From the human T2T-CHM13v2.0 reference genome, Homo sapiens, in the NCBI RefSeq assembly GCF_009914755.1, contig NC_060928.1: a DNA stretch of 64,000 bases; one strand, 5' to 3'. Positions 37,151 to 50,500 of this stretch are shown piece by piece. Position 1 is the first letter of the stretch. Every line of letters starts with the position of its first letter. The notes under the pieces were generated by a model that was not told the DNA's origin, searched no databases, and was given only the letters and a program-made list of their open reading frames with translations. Position numbers and translations under genes: made by a program.

Positions 37151-40100
37151 GTTCATACCTGCACACCAGACAATTACGCCAAACACATGAGAGATGCACA
37201 GACATGCTGGCACACACACGAGAGTCAATCACACATGCTCTCCAGAGATACACAGGGGCTCGATCATGCACACCATACTCAATGTTGCACACACATACAC
37301 ATATATGCTTGTGCACATTCCGAGTTCATTACAAACACACAACAGAAATCCTCATTGTCTCACAACCCCACTCACACACAGTATCACACCAAGATTAATT
37401 GCACAACTGGAGAGGCACATGCGTTGGACACACCGTTCATTCCGTCAGTTTTATTTTGCTGAGCGCCCACTAGTGCCTAGCACTGTTGTAGGAGCTGGGA
37501 ACAGAGCCATGGACAAAAGAGACCAAGTGCCTGCCCTCCAGGAGCTGACCTGCTAAGGAGGGGAACTGGATACAAAAGCACCCATATGGTGGGCCAAGAG
37601 GTGGTAAGGGCCAGGAAAGGTGGTGCAGCAGCCAAGAGGGACATGCTAGAGGCACACTCCGACAGACACATAAGAGAAGCACATTCTTGCATGAGAATCA
37701 GCGACACACACATACACGTGCACGCCAATGACACCACACAACACACCAATATCAAAGGCAAGCTCAGGGCGATTCCACACATGTGCATCATAAACTGGCA
37801 ACAGGATGCCCACACACAAGTCCACACCAGGAATAAAGGAAGTCAAAAGCTTAAATAAAAACGCTCCAGAGAAAGACACACAGAGACAGAGATGACCACA
37901 CACACACAGCTGGCAGTCAACCAGACAGACAGATATTCCCTCATTCGAGGGGCACAGTCCACTTTTGTTGCTCCTGGAGCTTGCAGTCTGGGCGTTCTGG
38001 GGTTTCTCTGTCGTGGAGGTCGCTCTGCTGGGGCTCTCCTCTAAGGCCAGGCACCACCTGCCTCCTATAGACACCTTCCCTTATTTCTCCACGATTATCA
38101 GGCAGAGGATCCTGCAAGTCCCTGGGGACCCTACAGTCCCAGCTGCACTTCCTGGAGAGGCAGAATCGCCAGCTGCCGACCCCCTCCTCGAGCCAGTCTA
38201 GACAAGCAAAGTCAGGACTGGGTGGGGACTGCAGAGGGGAGCATCAGTGCTTCTTGCAATGTCCCCCCACCCATAGCCTTCCATGCTGGGAGCTGTCCCT
38301 TCAACCCCGGGCCCTGCCAGCTGCAAGCCAGAGCTCCCGCAGCGTGACCAAGCTCCAGGAATACCAGACAGACAGATGGATTCATGTTCTTGTTTTATGA
38401 CTCTTGGGCCCCATGGACTGAGGATCCTGGGGCCGTCGGATCCGTGGCCTCAGCTGACACCTCCCTGAAGCTACTGTCTTTCAACCCTGCAACAAGGGGT
38501 CTGTGCAGCAGGTAGGTATTTTTACCGGCCCCGTCTTGGAAGAGGAAACAGGAGGGGAGATGTGAAATGGCTCCCTCAGGGCCTCAATCTCAAGGAGGTT
38601 CAGCCAGGCCTAGAGCGTGGGCTCATCCACTCGGTGGGCATTTAGCAAGTTATTTTTCTGTGCTTGAGAGAGAGGCTAGTGTGGGGACACAGATGAGTAT
38701 TTCTAAGTCTCTGTCTTCAACAAGTGTTTACTCTAATGGGGGAGAGAGTGCTGAATGCGAGAACAGAAAGTTCCACACACAGCCTCCATCTACCTTCCAC
38801 CCACCGCAGCTGCATCCTGGCTCCTCTCTCCTTGTGTCCCTGGGTCCACTGTGCAGATTTGCCACAGACACTCCTCTTGAGGCCCATCAGCCTCCAGGCT
38901 ATCTTGCAAGTGTTTTCGATTTTTCAATGAAAATTTTTCTCTGTCCTGTGAAATACTATTCCCAGCCCATTCCAGGCAAGAACAATTCATGTCGAAAACC
39001 ACATAGAAATTTCTTCTAAAACCCCACAAATGTTCAGGGTGACATAACCCAGAGAAATATCAGAAAACTCAAAAGTCTGAGTTAGGTGGAACTTTGGAGG
39101 CCAGGCCTCCTACTGCATGCTTGAATCTGCTCTCAACATCTTGAGGACACAGTCTCTCAGGCTTTGTTGGTGGTGATGGAAATCTTACTGCTTCTAAAGA
39201 AAACCCTTTCCATTGTGAGAAAGGGCTGGGCAGTTGCCAAGACTAGAGGGAGTGACGCAAGGAAGGAGCTGAGAAAGTGCTGTCTTTATGCAGAAGCAGG
39301 AAAGGATCTTCATAGCTTCTGCTTATAGAAAGTTTACTACGTGCCCGGACCATGGTAAGCACCTAACAGATAGTAACTCTTTTATGCCTCGCAGCAACCT
39401 TGAAACTGCCATTTTAGCCTCATTTTACAGATGAGAAAACTGAGGTTCAGAGACATAAATAACCTGTCCAGGGTCACAGCTGGCAAGTAAGACTTCGAGG
39501 TTTAAACAGAGTAGTCTGGTGCCAGAGTCCACATCGAAACAACTACCCTTTCCTCTCCCCAAGAGCCTGACTGAGGTGGTCCCACTGGGAGATAAGAGAT
39601 AAAGGGACCTAGTTTAGGCAGAAGAGTCTAGGTGGTTGAGTTAGAATCCTGTTTTGCATGCAGTCTTGGGCAACTAATCATTCGACATTCATCTAACACA
39701 CCTTTGTGGCGCCCACTGCGTGTCACTGACTTTATATCACTTCCTCTCACTCTTTTCTCCCCATGCAGAGGAGGCGATCGGACCCTCCTGAAACTGCATA
39801 CTGTGTATAAGGGTCCTTGCACACACAGTTCATTTCCGTGCATCATGCTCTGCCTTATACACTGCTGGCTCCCTCAGGCAGCCCCACGTGGCGAACCAGG
39901 CCACTTCCATCTTCAGGCTGGAGCGCTGAGGATGACAAACCTTAAGCCCATTGCTCAGGTTAACCACCGGGAAGTGACTAACCTGGGATTTCAACTCAGG
40001 TTTGTCTGAGTTTTTTCCACACCATCTCATCTCAAGGTCAGTAACCCAAGCGCAACAGAGAAAGGGAGGAAGGAAACAAAACCCAGGGTATAAAGTTGGA

Positions 40101-40706
40101 AATGCACCCTCCAGCTTGCACGGAGACAGAAAGGAGCAATATTTGCCAGGGACCAACAGAGTCAGCAGGGGAAGCCTGAGATAACTGCCCCCATCCTGAC
40201 GACAGCTGTGACCTCCCCCATCCCCCAACCCATCCTCCAACTGCTCCTAGTCCTCCTGGGAAGGAGTTCTTATAAGTGAATTACAGCACTACATTTGGTG
40301 AAGGACAAACCTTGAGCTCATCATGTCAGACATGAAACCTTCTTCCTGGGTGATGGCAGAGAACAGAAAGGGACACGTCAGATGGGAGAGGACAAGAGGC
40401 CAGTTCAGGTCCGATGTGGATTTTGTTTCGGCAAACCAAAAAAAAAAAAAAAAAAATTCATTCATTCATTGCAAAAAGAATGTTTTCAAAAAATGAAGGA
40501 AAGGGGATTGTAGTTTATCATCAGGTATATAGTAATGGATTATTGTCCTCATCTCAGATATAAGAAAAGATGTTCAGAGAAGTTAAACAAGTAAACATGT
40601 TCGGTTACATGGCCAGCAAGTGACAGAGATGCAGTTCAAATCCAGGCTCATTTGATTTTTAAATGTCTGCTTTTTTCTGTGGCCTCCAAATTAGTACATA
40701 TGGGAC

Positions 40707-41187
40707 TGTGGTGGGCAGAATAATGATGCTCAAAGATGCCCACACCTGAATCCCTAGAACTACTGCCCATGTTACTCCACATGGCAAATGGGACTCTGTG
40801 GCTCTGCTTACAGATCTTAAGATGTGGAGATGATCCTGGATCACCTGGTGGAGCCAGTGTCATCACAAGAGTCCTTTTAAGTGAGACAGAGGCAGGAAAG
40901 TCGGAGTCTGAGAACGGGAGATCAGAGAACAGAAGCAGAGGTCAGAGTGAGAGAGATTTGAAGAGGAAGGAAGGGGCCACAAGCCAAAGAATGTGGGCAA
41001 CTCCAGGAGCCAGAAAAGGCAAGGAAACACTTTCTCCCTGGAGCCTCCAGAAGGAAGGCAGCCCTGCCAACATCTCGGTTGTAGCCCAGGGACTCTGACT
41101 TTCAGAACTACAAGATAATGAATGTGAGTTGTTCTAAGGCAATGGGTTCATGGTCATCTGTCAAAGCAGCAATCAGAAATCACTACA
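40707..41187 (+). mobile_element. MaLR LTR (MLT1D-like)
   Basis: Start tgtggtgggcagaataatg...aagatgcccacacctgaatccctagaac; ggagcctccagaaggaaggcagccctgccaaca; MLT1-type end. Confidence 0.82.
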
Positions 41188-41339
41188 TGATTATAAAGGA
41201 AATCATTTAATTATTTGTGCAAAGTGGATTTGAGTACCAAGAAAAGCATTTATTCCCCACCAAAAATCAAGGGAATCCTAGCTCCATTGCCTTTTTCTGT
41301 TACGTCAGGGTCGACAACACTTTGTAACAAACCATCAAT

Positions 41340-41445
41340 AAATAAAACATTCAGAAGGGAAAAAAACCCTTTAATTGTGAAAAAGCATACATTTTAATGT
41401 ACAAAATTACACAAATTATACATTTAACTCACATAGAAAAATACA
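41340..41445 (-). terminator. Candidate cleavage/polyadenylation site of an upstream minus-strand transcript
   Basis: Minus strand has five UGUA motifs, ATTAAA at 41393-41398 and 41370-41375, and U/GU-rich downstream sequence. Confidence 0.5.
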
Positions 41446-43484
41446 TCTCAGTAACAAGAGAAAATGCCGGCCTATTTTACACAAATGGAGCGATCATTAC
41501 AAATCCTGAAAACCCAGAGGGAGGGTTGAGCCCGACCCACAACTGGTCAGGAATCCAGTGAACATCTCCACGGACTGATGGTTTCACTGCAGGCAGGCCC
41601 CGGAGGATAGCTGCCCCAGGACCCGAGGCAGGTCCTGCTGAAGAGCTTCCGGAGGGGAGGTGTCGGGTCCTGTCGCTGGACCACTCCCGTGTGAACCAAG
41701 GCAGCTCACTCCGGGGAGGGGCAGGACTTGGCCTGCCAACATTCTCAGCCTTGAGTTTATGAATGAGGGCGCATAGGAGACCTTGTAGATTCATGCAACC
41801 GCAAGGTGTACAGTTATTGTGCATTTGGGATTCAGCGGGAAAGTACACAATTTCTAAACTGATGTCTGTGCTTCACAGCTTTCATGTGATTTCTGCCCAG
41901 GATTCAACCTGGAAGAACTAAGGAGTCCACAGAGGTTCTACCAAAGTGAACTTGCCAGCCTCGCTTATCACTCTGCCAATGACACTCATGCCTCTTCCCT
42001 GCCTCACCTGCAAAAGCTGGTTGTGCAAACCCGAACTGTGGAAGAGATCATCTTATTCCCCCAACTCAGGTTGGTAGGATAGACCCCAGCCTCCCACCAA
42101 AATGTGTTTGTGCAGAGCCCATTTTCAAAGGGGTGAGGGAAGGCTCCCAACATCCACTGACATGCTGAGTGCTTTAAGAAGCGTGCTATTTCTTTAATCT
42201 TCACACCTTACCCGCTATTTCCATGGAGGACTTTGAGGTTAAGAGAGGTAGGTACCCTGTCCAAGCTTGCACAGTTAGTCGGCAGCAGAGCCGTCGCGTG
42301 TCTGGCCCCAAAACTCACTCTCCTACTGCTGTTAGGTACAGACCTTGTCCTTTTCCACTAAAGAATTAATGGCTATAACGTCACTGCATAGACATTTATT
42401 TCCCCCATCACTTTCAATGTCCTATCTACAAATATTGTATTACACGACTTTAAAAAGAAAATACTGACTCAAAGTTAGTATCAAGTTTTCAGCCATTTTT
42501 AACAATCCCATTAATTTGTCTCTCTCCTCCCTTGTTCTATCATCACATAAAGGGATCATCAGCCCATGCTTGGACACAGCCTGCTGGTGTTTTCAGAGAC
42601 AAAAAAAAATGGTGTTGGAAAAAACTCATTTTTGAGCTATCAATTCTTCCATTAGTCTTTCCATTACTCAATACATTACATTTACACTAAAAATGCAGAA
42701 GTCAGACTTGTATAGGAGCTGTGCTTTCTGAAGCCAGAGTAGGATTTAGGGAAGTTCACATGGGAAAGAGAAAACCCAATCCTTCAATCCCAAGTCTACT
42801 GAGTTCTTGAAAGCAGTTTTAGGTCCAACGTACAAATTATCTGTTTTTAGAAATTCCCATAACACAGAGAAGAGGACTAAATACATTAACAAACCCCAGG
42901 GATCTTTTCCTTCTACACCACCTTAAGGCACCAGAGAACTTCCAATAATTTATTTCAAAGCTAGGTAGGAATGCAGTTTGCCATTGGTGCACATGCCGAA
43001 GACAAATCTACTTTTGTTTGCTTACCCAACTGGCAGATATATCTATCACAGAATATCTCTTTCTGCATATTCTGGAGTTTAGGATGCAAACAACTGCACC
43101 CAAGAGATTCATTTAGTGTGTCATTTACCACCCAATTATATTATCTGAACTTTCATGGAATTGTGCAGTGACCAGTCACCAAGAGCTCAGCTCCAGGCTC
43201 TGCCACAGCGGAGCTCAAAGCAGTAACACATCATGCATTTCATTTCTTTAAGAACCACCAGCTGTTTAAAAGGCCCTCTGAGGGTAGAGTTACAAAGCCA
43301 ACTCATGGTCAAAAATTCTCCAGAGACGAGAAGTTTCCTCCTGTAGACTCTGAGGACACATTTCTTTCCTAGCTAGGAGCATAAATAAATATGAGTCTAG
43401 CACAGAAGAAACCCACAATAGCATTTTAGAACTTAAATAGCACAGGGAATGGGGGAGTGGAAAGAGACTATGTGACTGTATTCC

Positions 43485-43658
43485 CATGGTTCTCCCCCAG
43501 CTGCCCATTAGAATCACTGGGGAGCTTTTCAAATAGATCTCTGCCCAGGGCCCCACCCAATACAACTTGATTTCAGTGGCCTGGAGAGAGGCTTGGGCAT
43601 CAGTGTTTTAAAAAGCTCTGCAGGTGAGTCCAACATGCAACCAGGGTGAAGAATCATC
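43485..43658. mobile_element. MER5A-like hAT MITE
   Basis: tggttctc...cattagaatcactggggagctt...aaaagctctgcaggtga...gcaaccagggtgaagaatca. Confidence 0.75.
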
Positions 43659-46600
43659 AGTACAGAATGCGGTCTTTACATCCTTCAAATGACCTGGAGG
43701 GGGTAAGTGGCAGGGCTGCAGCCCCTCTTACCCTGCCTGGACTCCCAGCCCAGAGCCCTTCCGACCACATGACACTGTCTCAACAGAGAAAAACAGGTTG
43801 TGTCTAAAATATGTCAGAAATGTCTCGCACCCTATTCTCAGAAGTTGGCTGAGTTCTCAGAAGGTTTCACGTTTCAGACCTAGAATTTCACCCTGGAACC
43901 AAAGGGGAGCTGTGAATCTCTTAAAAGAAGCTCACCAGCCTGAAGATGAAAAGCCCCTCTCAAGTTTATAAAAGTTTACTCAATAAATTGCTGAGTAAAA
44001 CAAATAGAAAGGACCCCAGCTGTAAAAGGACTTGCGTTCCCTGTTCTCTCCAATGATGGGTAACTAAACTCATATAATAATCTCATTCCAAAGCAATTCA
44101 AAAACCTTTGACCAGCTTTGGTGCTTGATTTCACACCGAGAAACTAGGTAAGGAAGGCTACGGAAGGGTGGATTTAAAGATCAATCATGTAAGTCTAGCC
44201 AAAAAGTAGGTGAGTTTCCAAGATATCCTGGGATTCAGGGCTTCCCCAGGGCGAAATGCAGGCATGAATTCCACACAAAATGAAAGAATTCCTTAAACTA
44301 ACATCTATCGCTAGATGATGCCATATAGATTGCAACCCAGTAGAAAACTAATTGCATCAGACCAAGACCTAAAATTCTGAATCAGCAGAGCCTGCCCCAT
44401 GGCACGGTTGGAGAATACTGCATAATGACATCCGAACCACGTTCAGTCCCATTTGCAGTCAAGTGGCTTTGTCACTGGACCGCAGATGTCAGTTAACCTC
44501 ATCTGGGAATCAGTTTCCTCGCCTGTAAAATGGGGAGGAGAAGGATGCTTACACTAGATGAAGTCTGAGGCTGTCTCCAGCTCCAACAATGGATGTTTCC
44601 GGATCTGTCACCTTAATCACTGACCTGCTGGCTTGCCTGGGAAGGGCAATGGCAGGGCCACTCTGAGCACACAGCCCATGTGTGTCACCCTCTGTATGTC
44701 ACCATGTGTGTCACCATTTGTATGTCTTGCATTTGTTGCAGCCCATTGGTCTGCAGAGCGATCAAACCACACTACCTCAGCGTGTCCCCACTGCCGCCAC
44801 ACCTCCGACATACCTATTTTAAGAACAGTGCCTAGCAGTTCATGGGGAAACGTTGCTATGCCAACTAGCTGGCTGTTGCTAATCATAATCTATGAATGTG
44901 CAGTACAACCATCTGACAAGTATTTCTTCTCTGCCTTAGCCTGTGGACTTTCTTCCAAATTGTCATATGACAGATCACCTTGTTCATAATGGCACACAGT
45001 AGGTGTATAATAAATGTGCATTATATTAATGACATGAGTAAAGTATATGCACAACATGTAATTCTGCAAAATGCCTTCCCATCCAGTTTTTCCATTATTG
45101 CGCACAGTAGGTGCCGAGGTGTGTATCTTATTATCTCCATTTGCCCAGCAAGTAAACTGGGGAGGGGAGGCCACTTTCCCTAGTCTCGGAGCCAATAACT
45201 TGCAGAACCCAGATTGCAGCCTAGCTATTCTGGTCTTAAACCCTAACCTGTTTCTCCTACATCGGGTGGTCTCTGTCATCTCTCTAGAAGAAAGTCAAAT
45301 AACACCAATCCTGTATATACATGTAGATCTTAAGAGTTTACAAAGGGCTTTCCATCCGTATTCCCATTTCATTCAAAGCCTAAAGGTAAACTAAGAGGCA
45401 AGGCTCTCCGGGGCCCACACCTGGCCCACAGGGTGTCCTGTGTGCAGTGGGATGGACTGTTCACCCCAGGAGTGCTCCATTGGCCTTGCCCAGGGACCCT
45501 GGAAATGACTGAGGGGATAACCGAAGCAGCACAGGCTGGCAGGATCACCATGCTGTCTAAAGGTCTGGGGCCCAAGACAGGTATATTCTCTGGTACTGCC
45601 AGAGAAGTGGGTGAGGTCCAGATATGCAGGAATCACACAGACAGCAACAGATGAGCCTTCCAGGTAAAGCCAAGGCCCTTGGAAAGGCAGCTCAGAAGAG
45701 GCCCTTAATGAGTACTCATGGAGCGACTGAGCAGACTTACGCGGAAGCCCACCCACCAGGGCAGCAATTTGGCCTACTCTGTTCTCTCCCAGAACCCCAG
45801 GGCCTACTGTGGTGCCTGGCGCTTAGTGGTGCTCAATCAGTGCTTGTTCCTTGAATGAGTGAATGAAACCTGGTGACTGACAAACCTCAGTGGGAAGCTG
45901 GAAACCACACTTTTCCTTGTTCCCTTTTTTGAAGATATTTGGAAAACATGCCGTCTTTTTAACCTAGAAAACAGATCTCTGCTGGGGAAGGCAAGGAAAG
46001 GAATTAGACTCTATTGAATGTCTACTATGTGCAGAGCACCTTCCATTTCTCATTTCCCCCTGTGCTGTCAAGGACAGTGATATTTTCCCCACTAAACAAT
46101 GGAAGAGTTTGCAGATCAGAGAGATGGGCTCACCTGCCCAGTGCCCTCAGTGGCTAATGCGTCAAGCTTAGGTTTTGAAATCAGGCCAATAGACTCTGAA
46201 GCTGGTTGTTCCCATGATGTTACATCTCTTCCTGGGTTGTGTACTGCAGGAAGAGGATTTGGAACCCTTGGACGTGACCTTACTTGTTAAGAAGTAGCAT
46301 TTGTGAAGCATCTGCTGGGTGCCAAGCCCTCTGCCGGATGCTTTTCTTTTCTTTCCCTGCCTCAGTTAATCCTTGTAATAGCCCAGTGGGGAAAGGTGTG
46401 GCCCCTTTTCCTGTCTTGCAAATGAGAAAACAGATCCCCAGACGCTAGGTTGCCTGACATGGCCTGTGCTTTTAGTAACACCCCTTCCCATCCCAATTGC
46501 ATTCAATGGTCAATGCACAACATCTCCTCTGTCTTCACAATACTTCACGAGGCTGCAATAGAAGGTTCCATTTCTCCCATTTTCCTCCAAAGAGGAAATT

Positions 46601-47084
46601 TAGGTTCAGAAAGTTTAAGGGCTTTGTCCCAGGGACCTGGGACAAGCAGGTAGCAGAGCTGGAAGTAGAATCAAGGCTTTGCAATGCCCAGTTGCAGGCC
46701 CTTCCTGCATTTCAGCAGTTGTATCACTTCCTGGCCTGTGAGACCTCGGGCCCCAGCCACCCTTCCTCCCTGGGCCTCTGCATTTTCACCCATAACATGA
46801 TGGGTGCTGAGCAGACGAGGTGTCACCAAGCCATAGCCTGTGGAAACCAGGCAGCTTTTTCAGTGAGTGGAGGAGAAAGGAGTGGGGGCCCTGCAGTCCA
46901 CTGAGTGGGGTGCCTCTCAGTGGGGGAGGGAGCGAGCTGGCTTCATTCACCTCTGACTGTGGCCAGGAAGATGGAAGCCCGATGCTGTCAGACACTGATT
47001 TTCCAAGAGAAGCCAGAAATCCAGATTTGTATATGAAATCTCTTGGTTTTTAAATGTCACTTGCTAACTCCAATATTAAAAAAT

Positions 47085-47558
47085 GCAACATAGGCATTTG
47101 TACACCTGTGTTCATAGGAGCAATACTCACAGTAGCCAAAAAGGTGGAAGCCACCCTAAGGTCCCTCAATGCGTGAATGATAAACAAAATGTGGTACATC
47201 CACACATTGGAATATTATTCAGCCTTAAAAAGGAAGGAAACTCTGACACATGCTGCCACATGAACCTCGAAAACATTGTGCTAAGTGATATAAACTAGTC
47301 ATGAAAGGACAAAGACTGTATGATTCCACTCACATGAGGTCCTAGAGTGGTCAAATTCATAGAGATAGGAAGTAGAAGGGTGGGTGCCAGCAGCTGTGGG
47401 ACAGGGAAATGAGGAGTGAATCTTTCATGAATATGGTGTTTCTAATTTTGCAAGATGAAAAGGTTCTGGAGATGGATGATGGTGATGGTTGCACCACAAT
47501 GTGAATGCACTCTGTGCCACTGAAATGGATACTTAAAAATGATTAAGAAGATACGTTT
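47085..47558 (+). mobile_element. L1MB-type LINE-1 3' end
   Basis: tggaatattattcagccttaaaaaggaagg...gtggtcaaattcatagaga...aggttctggagatggatgatggtgatggttgcaccacaatgtgaatg. Confidence 0.85.
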
Positions 47559-50500
47559 TAGAGTTTTAGAGAAACATACCTTCTTAACCATTTTTAAGTA
47601 TCCAGCTCAGTGGCACAGAGCTCATTCACAATTATAAAAAAAGTAAATGTAAGCCAAACATGATACATTTGTGGGCCAAATCTGGCCCAAGGGCTGCCAG
47701 TACCCGCTGTGGACTGGAAACTCTCTAAGGTCTGTAATGTGATATGGGGCCTGCCTGTTGCTCACCCAGCACCGACCACTGCCCCAGGTTCTGCGGAGAT
47801 CTGAGACACCCATGGCCAACTCCAACCACCAGATCTGACTTCCAGTCACCACCCACTGTCTCACAGCAGCCAGGGCAAGAAAACATGTGGCTCACTGACG
47901 TTTCCCCGCTCAACAGCTGGATTTTCACTGCATCTTCCTGGGCGATGCTGAGATTTCACAGGTCCCTGTCAGGCCCCTGGCCGCCAGTGTAAGCGGGCCT
48001 CACAGCCCTGCAGTTTACAGGGAAATGGTGTCAGAGGAAGCAGACTCCCTGGGTCCAAGCACAGCAACTGGGCCGCGATGCTCTTTAACTGCAGAGCAAA
48101 AGGAGCTGAAATGAGGCTGCATGCCTGGGCACTTTGGGGTGCTGTGGTCAGTTGGGCGCAACTCATGGACACAAGTTGAGAGAAGAAGAGCTCTTCGCTT
48201 ACTCTGGAAGCAAGAAGGCTGGGTGTGGAAGCTTCCTGTCTGGCCAGAGCCTGCCCCTCAGTAGGAACTCAGCCACTGGAAGACTGTGCCACACCCATTT
48301 TACAGATAAGGAGCTGGGGCAGATAGAGGCCAAGGGACAGCCTTAAAGTCGCCAGCAAGTTGGAGGCAGAGTCCGTCTCTGGATTTCCGGACAGAGTCCT
48401 TTCTGCCGAGACTAGGGGTGCTTGGCTACTAGGGTGCTTGTCTACCAATCTTATTTGCAAATCTGATGAAATCCATGCTCCTTCTCCCTAGGAAAGAGTT
48501 CACATGCATACAGCTTTTTGTGCAGGTTGGGAACTCCATCCTAGCCCAAGCTTCTTCAGCAGCTCTATAATATCAAGATAACTACTACAGTGATTTTTTA
48601 AAACCATCATCCTATCATCCCCTCATCACCCATCTTGGATGGAAGCTACGCAGAATGGTAAATCAATGAGTCCTTATGGCAGAGTGCACTCCGAGACAAC
48701 CGTCAGTGAAATATCTAAGTCGAAGGAACTGCATTTTACAAACACAACAAGGATCCTGACACTTGGAAAGAATCTTACAGTGTTCAGGTGCTTTTCCAGC
48801 CATTAGCTCATTTGGTTGTCAGAGCAAAACTGTCAAGTAGGCATATGACCCTCAAACAGACGAAGAAGAGGATGTTGGAAGAAGGTAAGTTATTTGTGCA
48901 CGGCGACCCAGCGTAGGAGCAGCAGAGCCGACAGGTCCTTGGGACTCCAGACCCGGCTTCCTGTCACTCACATGGCATTAAATATGGGCTTCTTACAGTC
49001 AACAGCCATCTCTTGGGTCCCCAGGTTGGTATCATACAGAGTAGAAGTATTCCCTATTAGTGACTTGAGACAGGAAGATGGTTGCTTGGCTTATAATTTG
49101 GCTCACTGGAAAGGATTGTAAATCATAGGCCACCTCTGCTCTGTCGGTCAGTTGAGAAGGATGTAAATATTTTCCAGCTTGCTATGTTTGCCCCTGTGCT
49201 GTCTTCCTTCCTGCAATGACAAAATCAGGGAAACAGGTTCTTAAAGGGAACATAGCAACCAGTGTGGCTTCTACATGAAGCCATCCACATGCACACACCT
49301 TTACGTCACTGGGAGACCCACTTTAAACACCATATGTGGTGGACTTATATCATGGAGTATCTATCATACAATTATCAGCTTGCTTTCCAGGAAAGAATCT
49401 TAGCTTGGAATTATTAGATAATGCTCTCTTTATTTGGGGTGCTTCAGACACTTGACATGATATGGAAATTTTATGTTACTAAGCATTCATGCACATTCTG
49501 TAGAGAGGGTTTCTAGCTTTCAGGAGCCTCTCAAAGGGGCCAATGGCCAAAAGAAGGTTGAGAACAACTGAAGAAGAAAGACAAACTGGGGTGCTCTGGG
49601 ATGTCGTCATTTGTTCGTCCAACAAAAAGTGATGGGACACCTGCTGTGTGGTAATCTCTATGCTAAGCACGGGGGCAGGGGGCCGGGGGGCAGAGGGACG
49701 GATGCCCTGCTTGCCCTCCTCACGTTACAGAGGGTGACATAGGAATCATCAAACAAATGCAAGTTCCAGGTGCTGCTGTAAAGGAGGAGGGGTAACAGTG
49801 GAGGCGCGGACAGCAAGAGTTGGTGTCAGGGTGTCAGAGGAGGAGCCTTCAGCCAGTGCAAAAGCCCTGGAGAGAGAGGGAGGGAGCAGGAGAAGCCGGT
49901 GTGAAGAAAACAGAGAAGCAAAGAGTGATGTGGCAGGAGATGAACCTGTGACGGTTGGCAGCATGGCAGATGTTGGCATGGAGAGAAGTGGGGGGGCGGG
50001 GACTCCAGACATGGTAAGGACTCAAAAATGATTTTGCAAGGGGAAAGGAAGGAAGAAAATGAAGGAGGGTGAAATAAAGACTGTCTGGAGATGGTGACAT
50101 TCGAGCAGTCTTGGAGACAAACAGGAGTTTTCTGGGCAGAGGAAACAGGTTGGGCAGAAGCCAAGAAGTATGGGAGAATACAGGCTGGGAGGGGCTCAGC
50201 ACAGCGTGAGTAGCGGAGAGAGTGGGTCTAAAGAGCTCAGTTTGCCAAGAAGAGCCTTCATGGATGCACCAGATTAATAAACATATCTGAACAATGTGAC
50301 AGTGTGCAGAGAGGGACCCTAGGAAAATCAAAACTCTGTCTGTGCACAGCATCCCTTTGCAGTTCCACAGTTGCCCCATGACTGACTTCACCAAGCCAGG
50401 CTTTGCTGCAATGCTAAGGGTCTCAGAACTGGGCAGAGATGGCTCACACACAGCTCGTGGCCGCATCCATCCCAAGGGTGTTAGTGAGGAAGCCAACCTA

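Noticed and set aside
36190-37398. 402-aa antisense ORF across long exon 1
   Set aside because: Shadow ORF of a CpG island and CA-rich tract; Arg/Ala/Gly/His composition typical of non-coding GC-rich DNA
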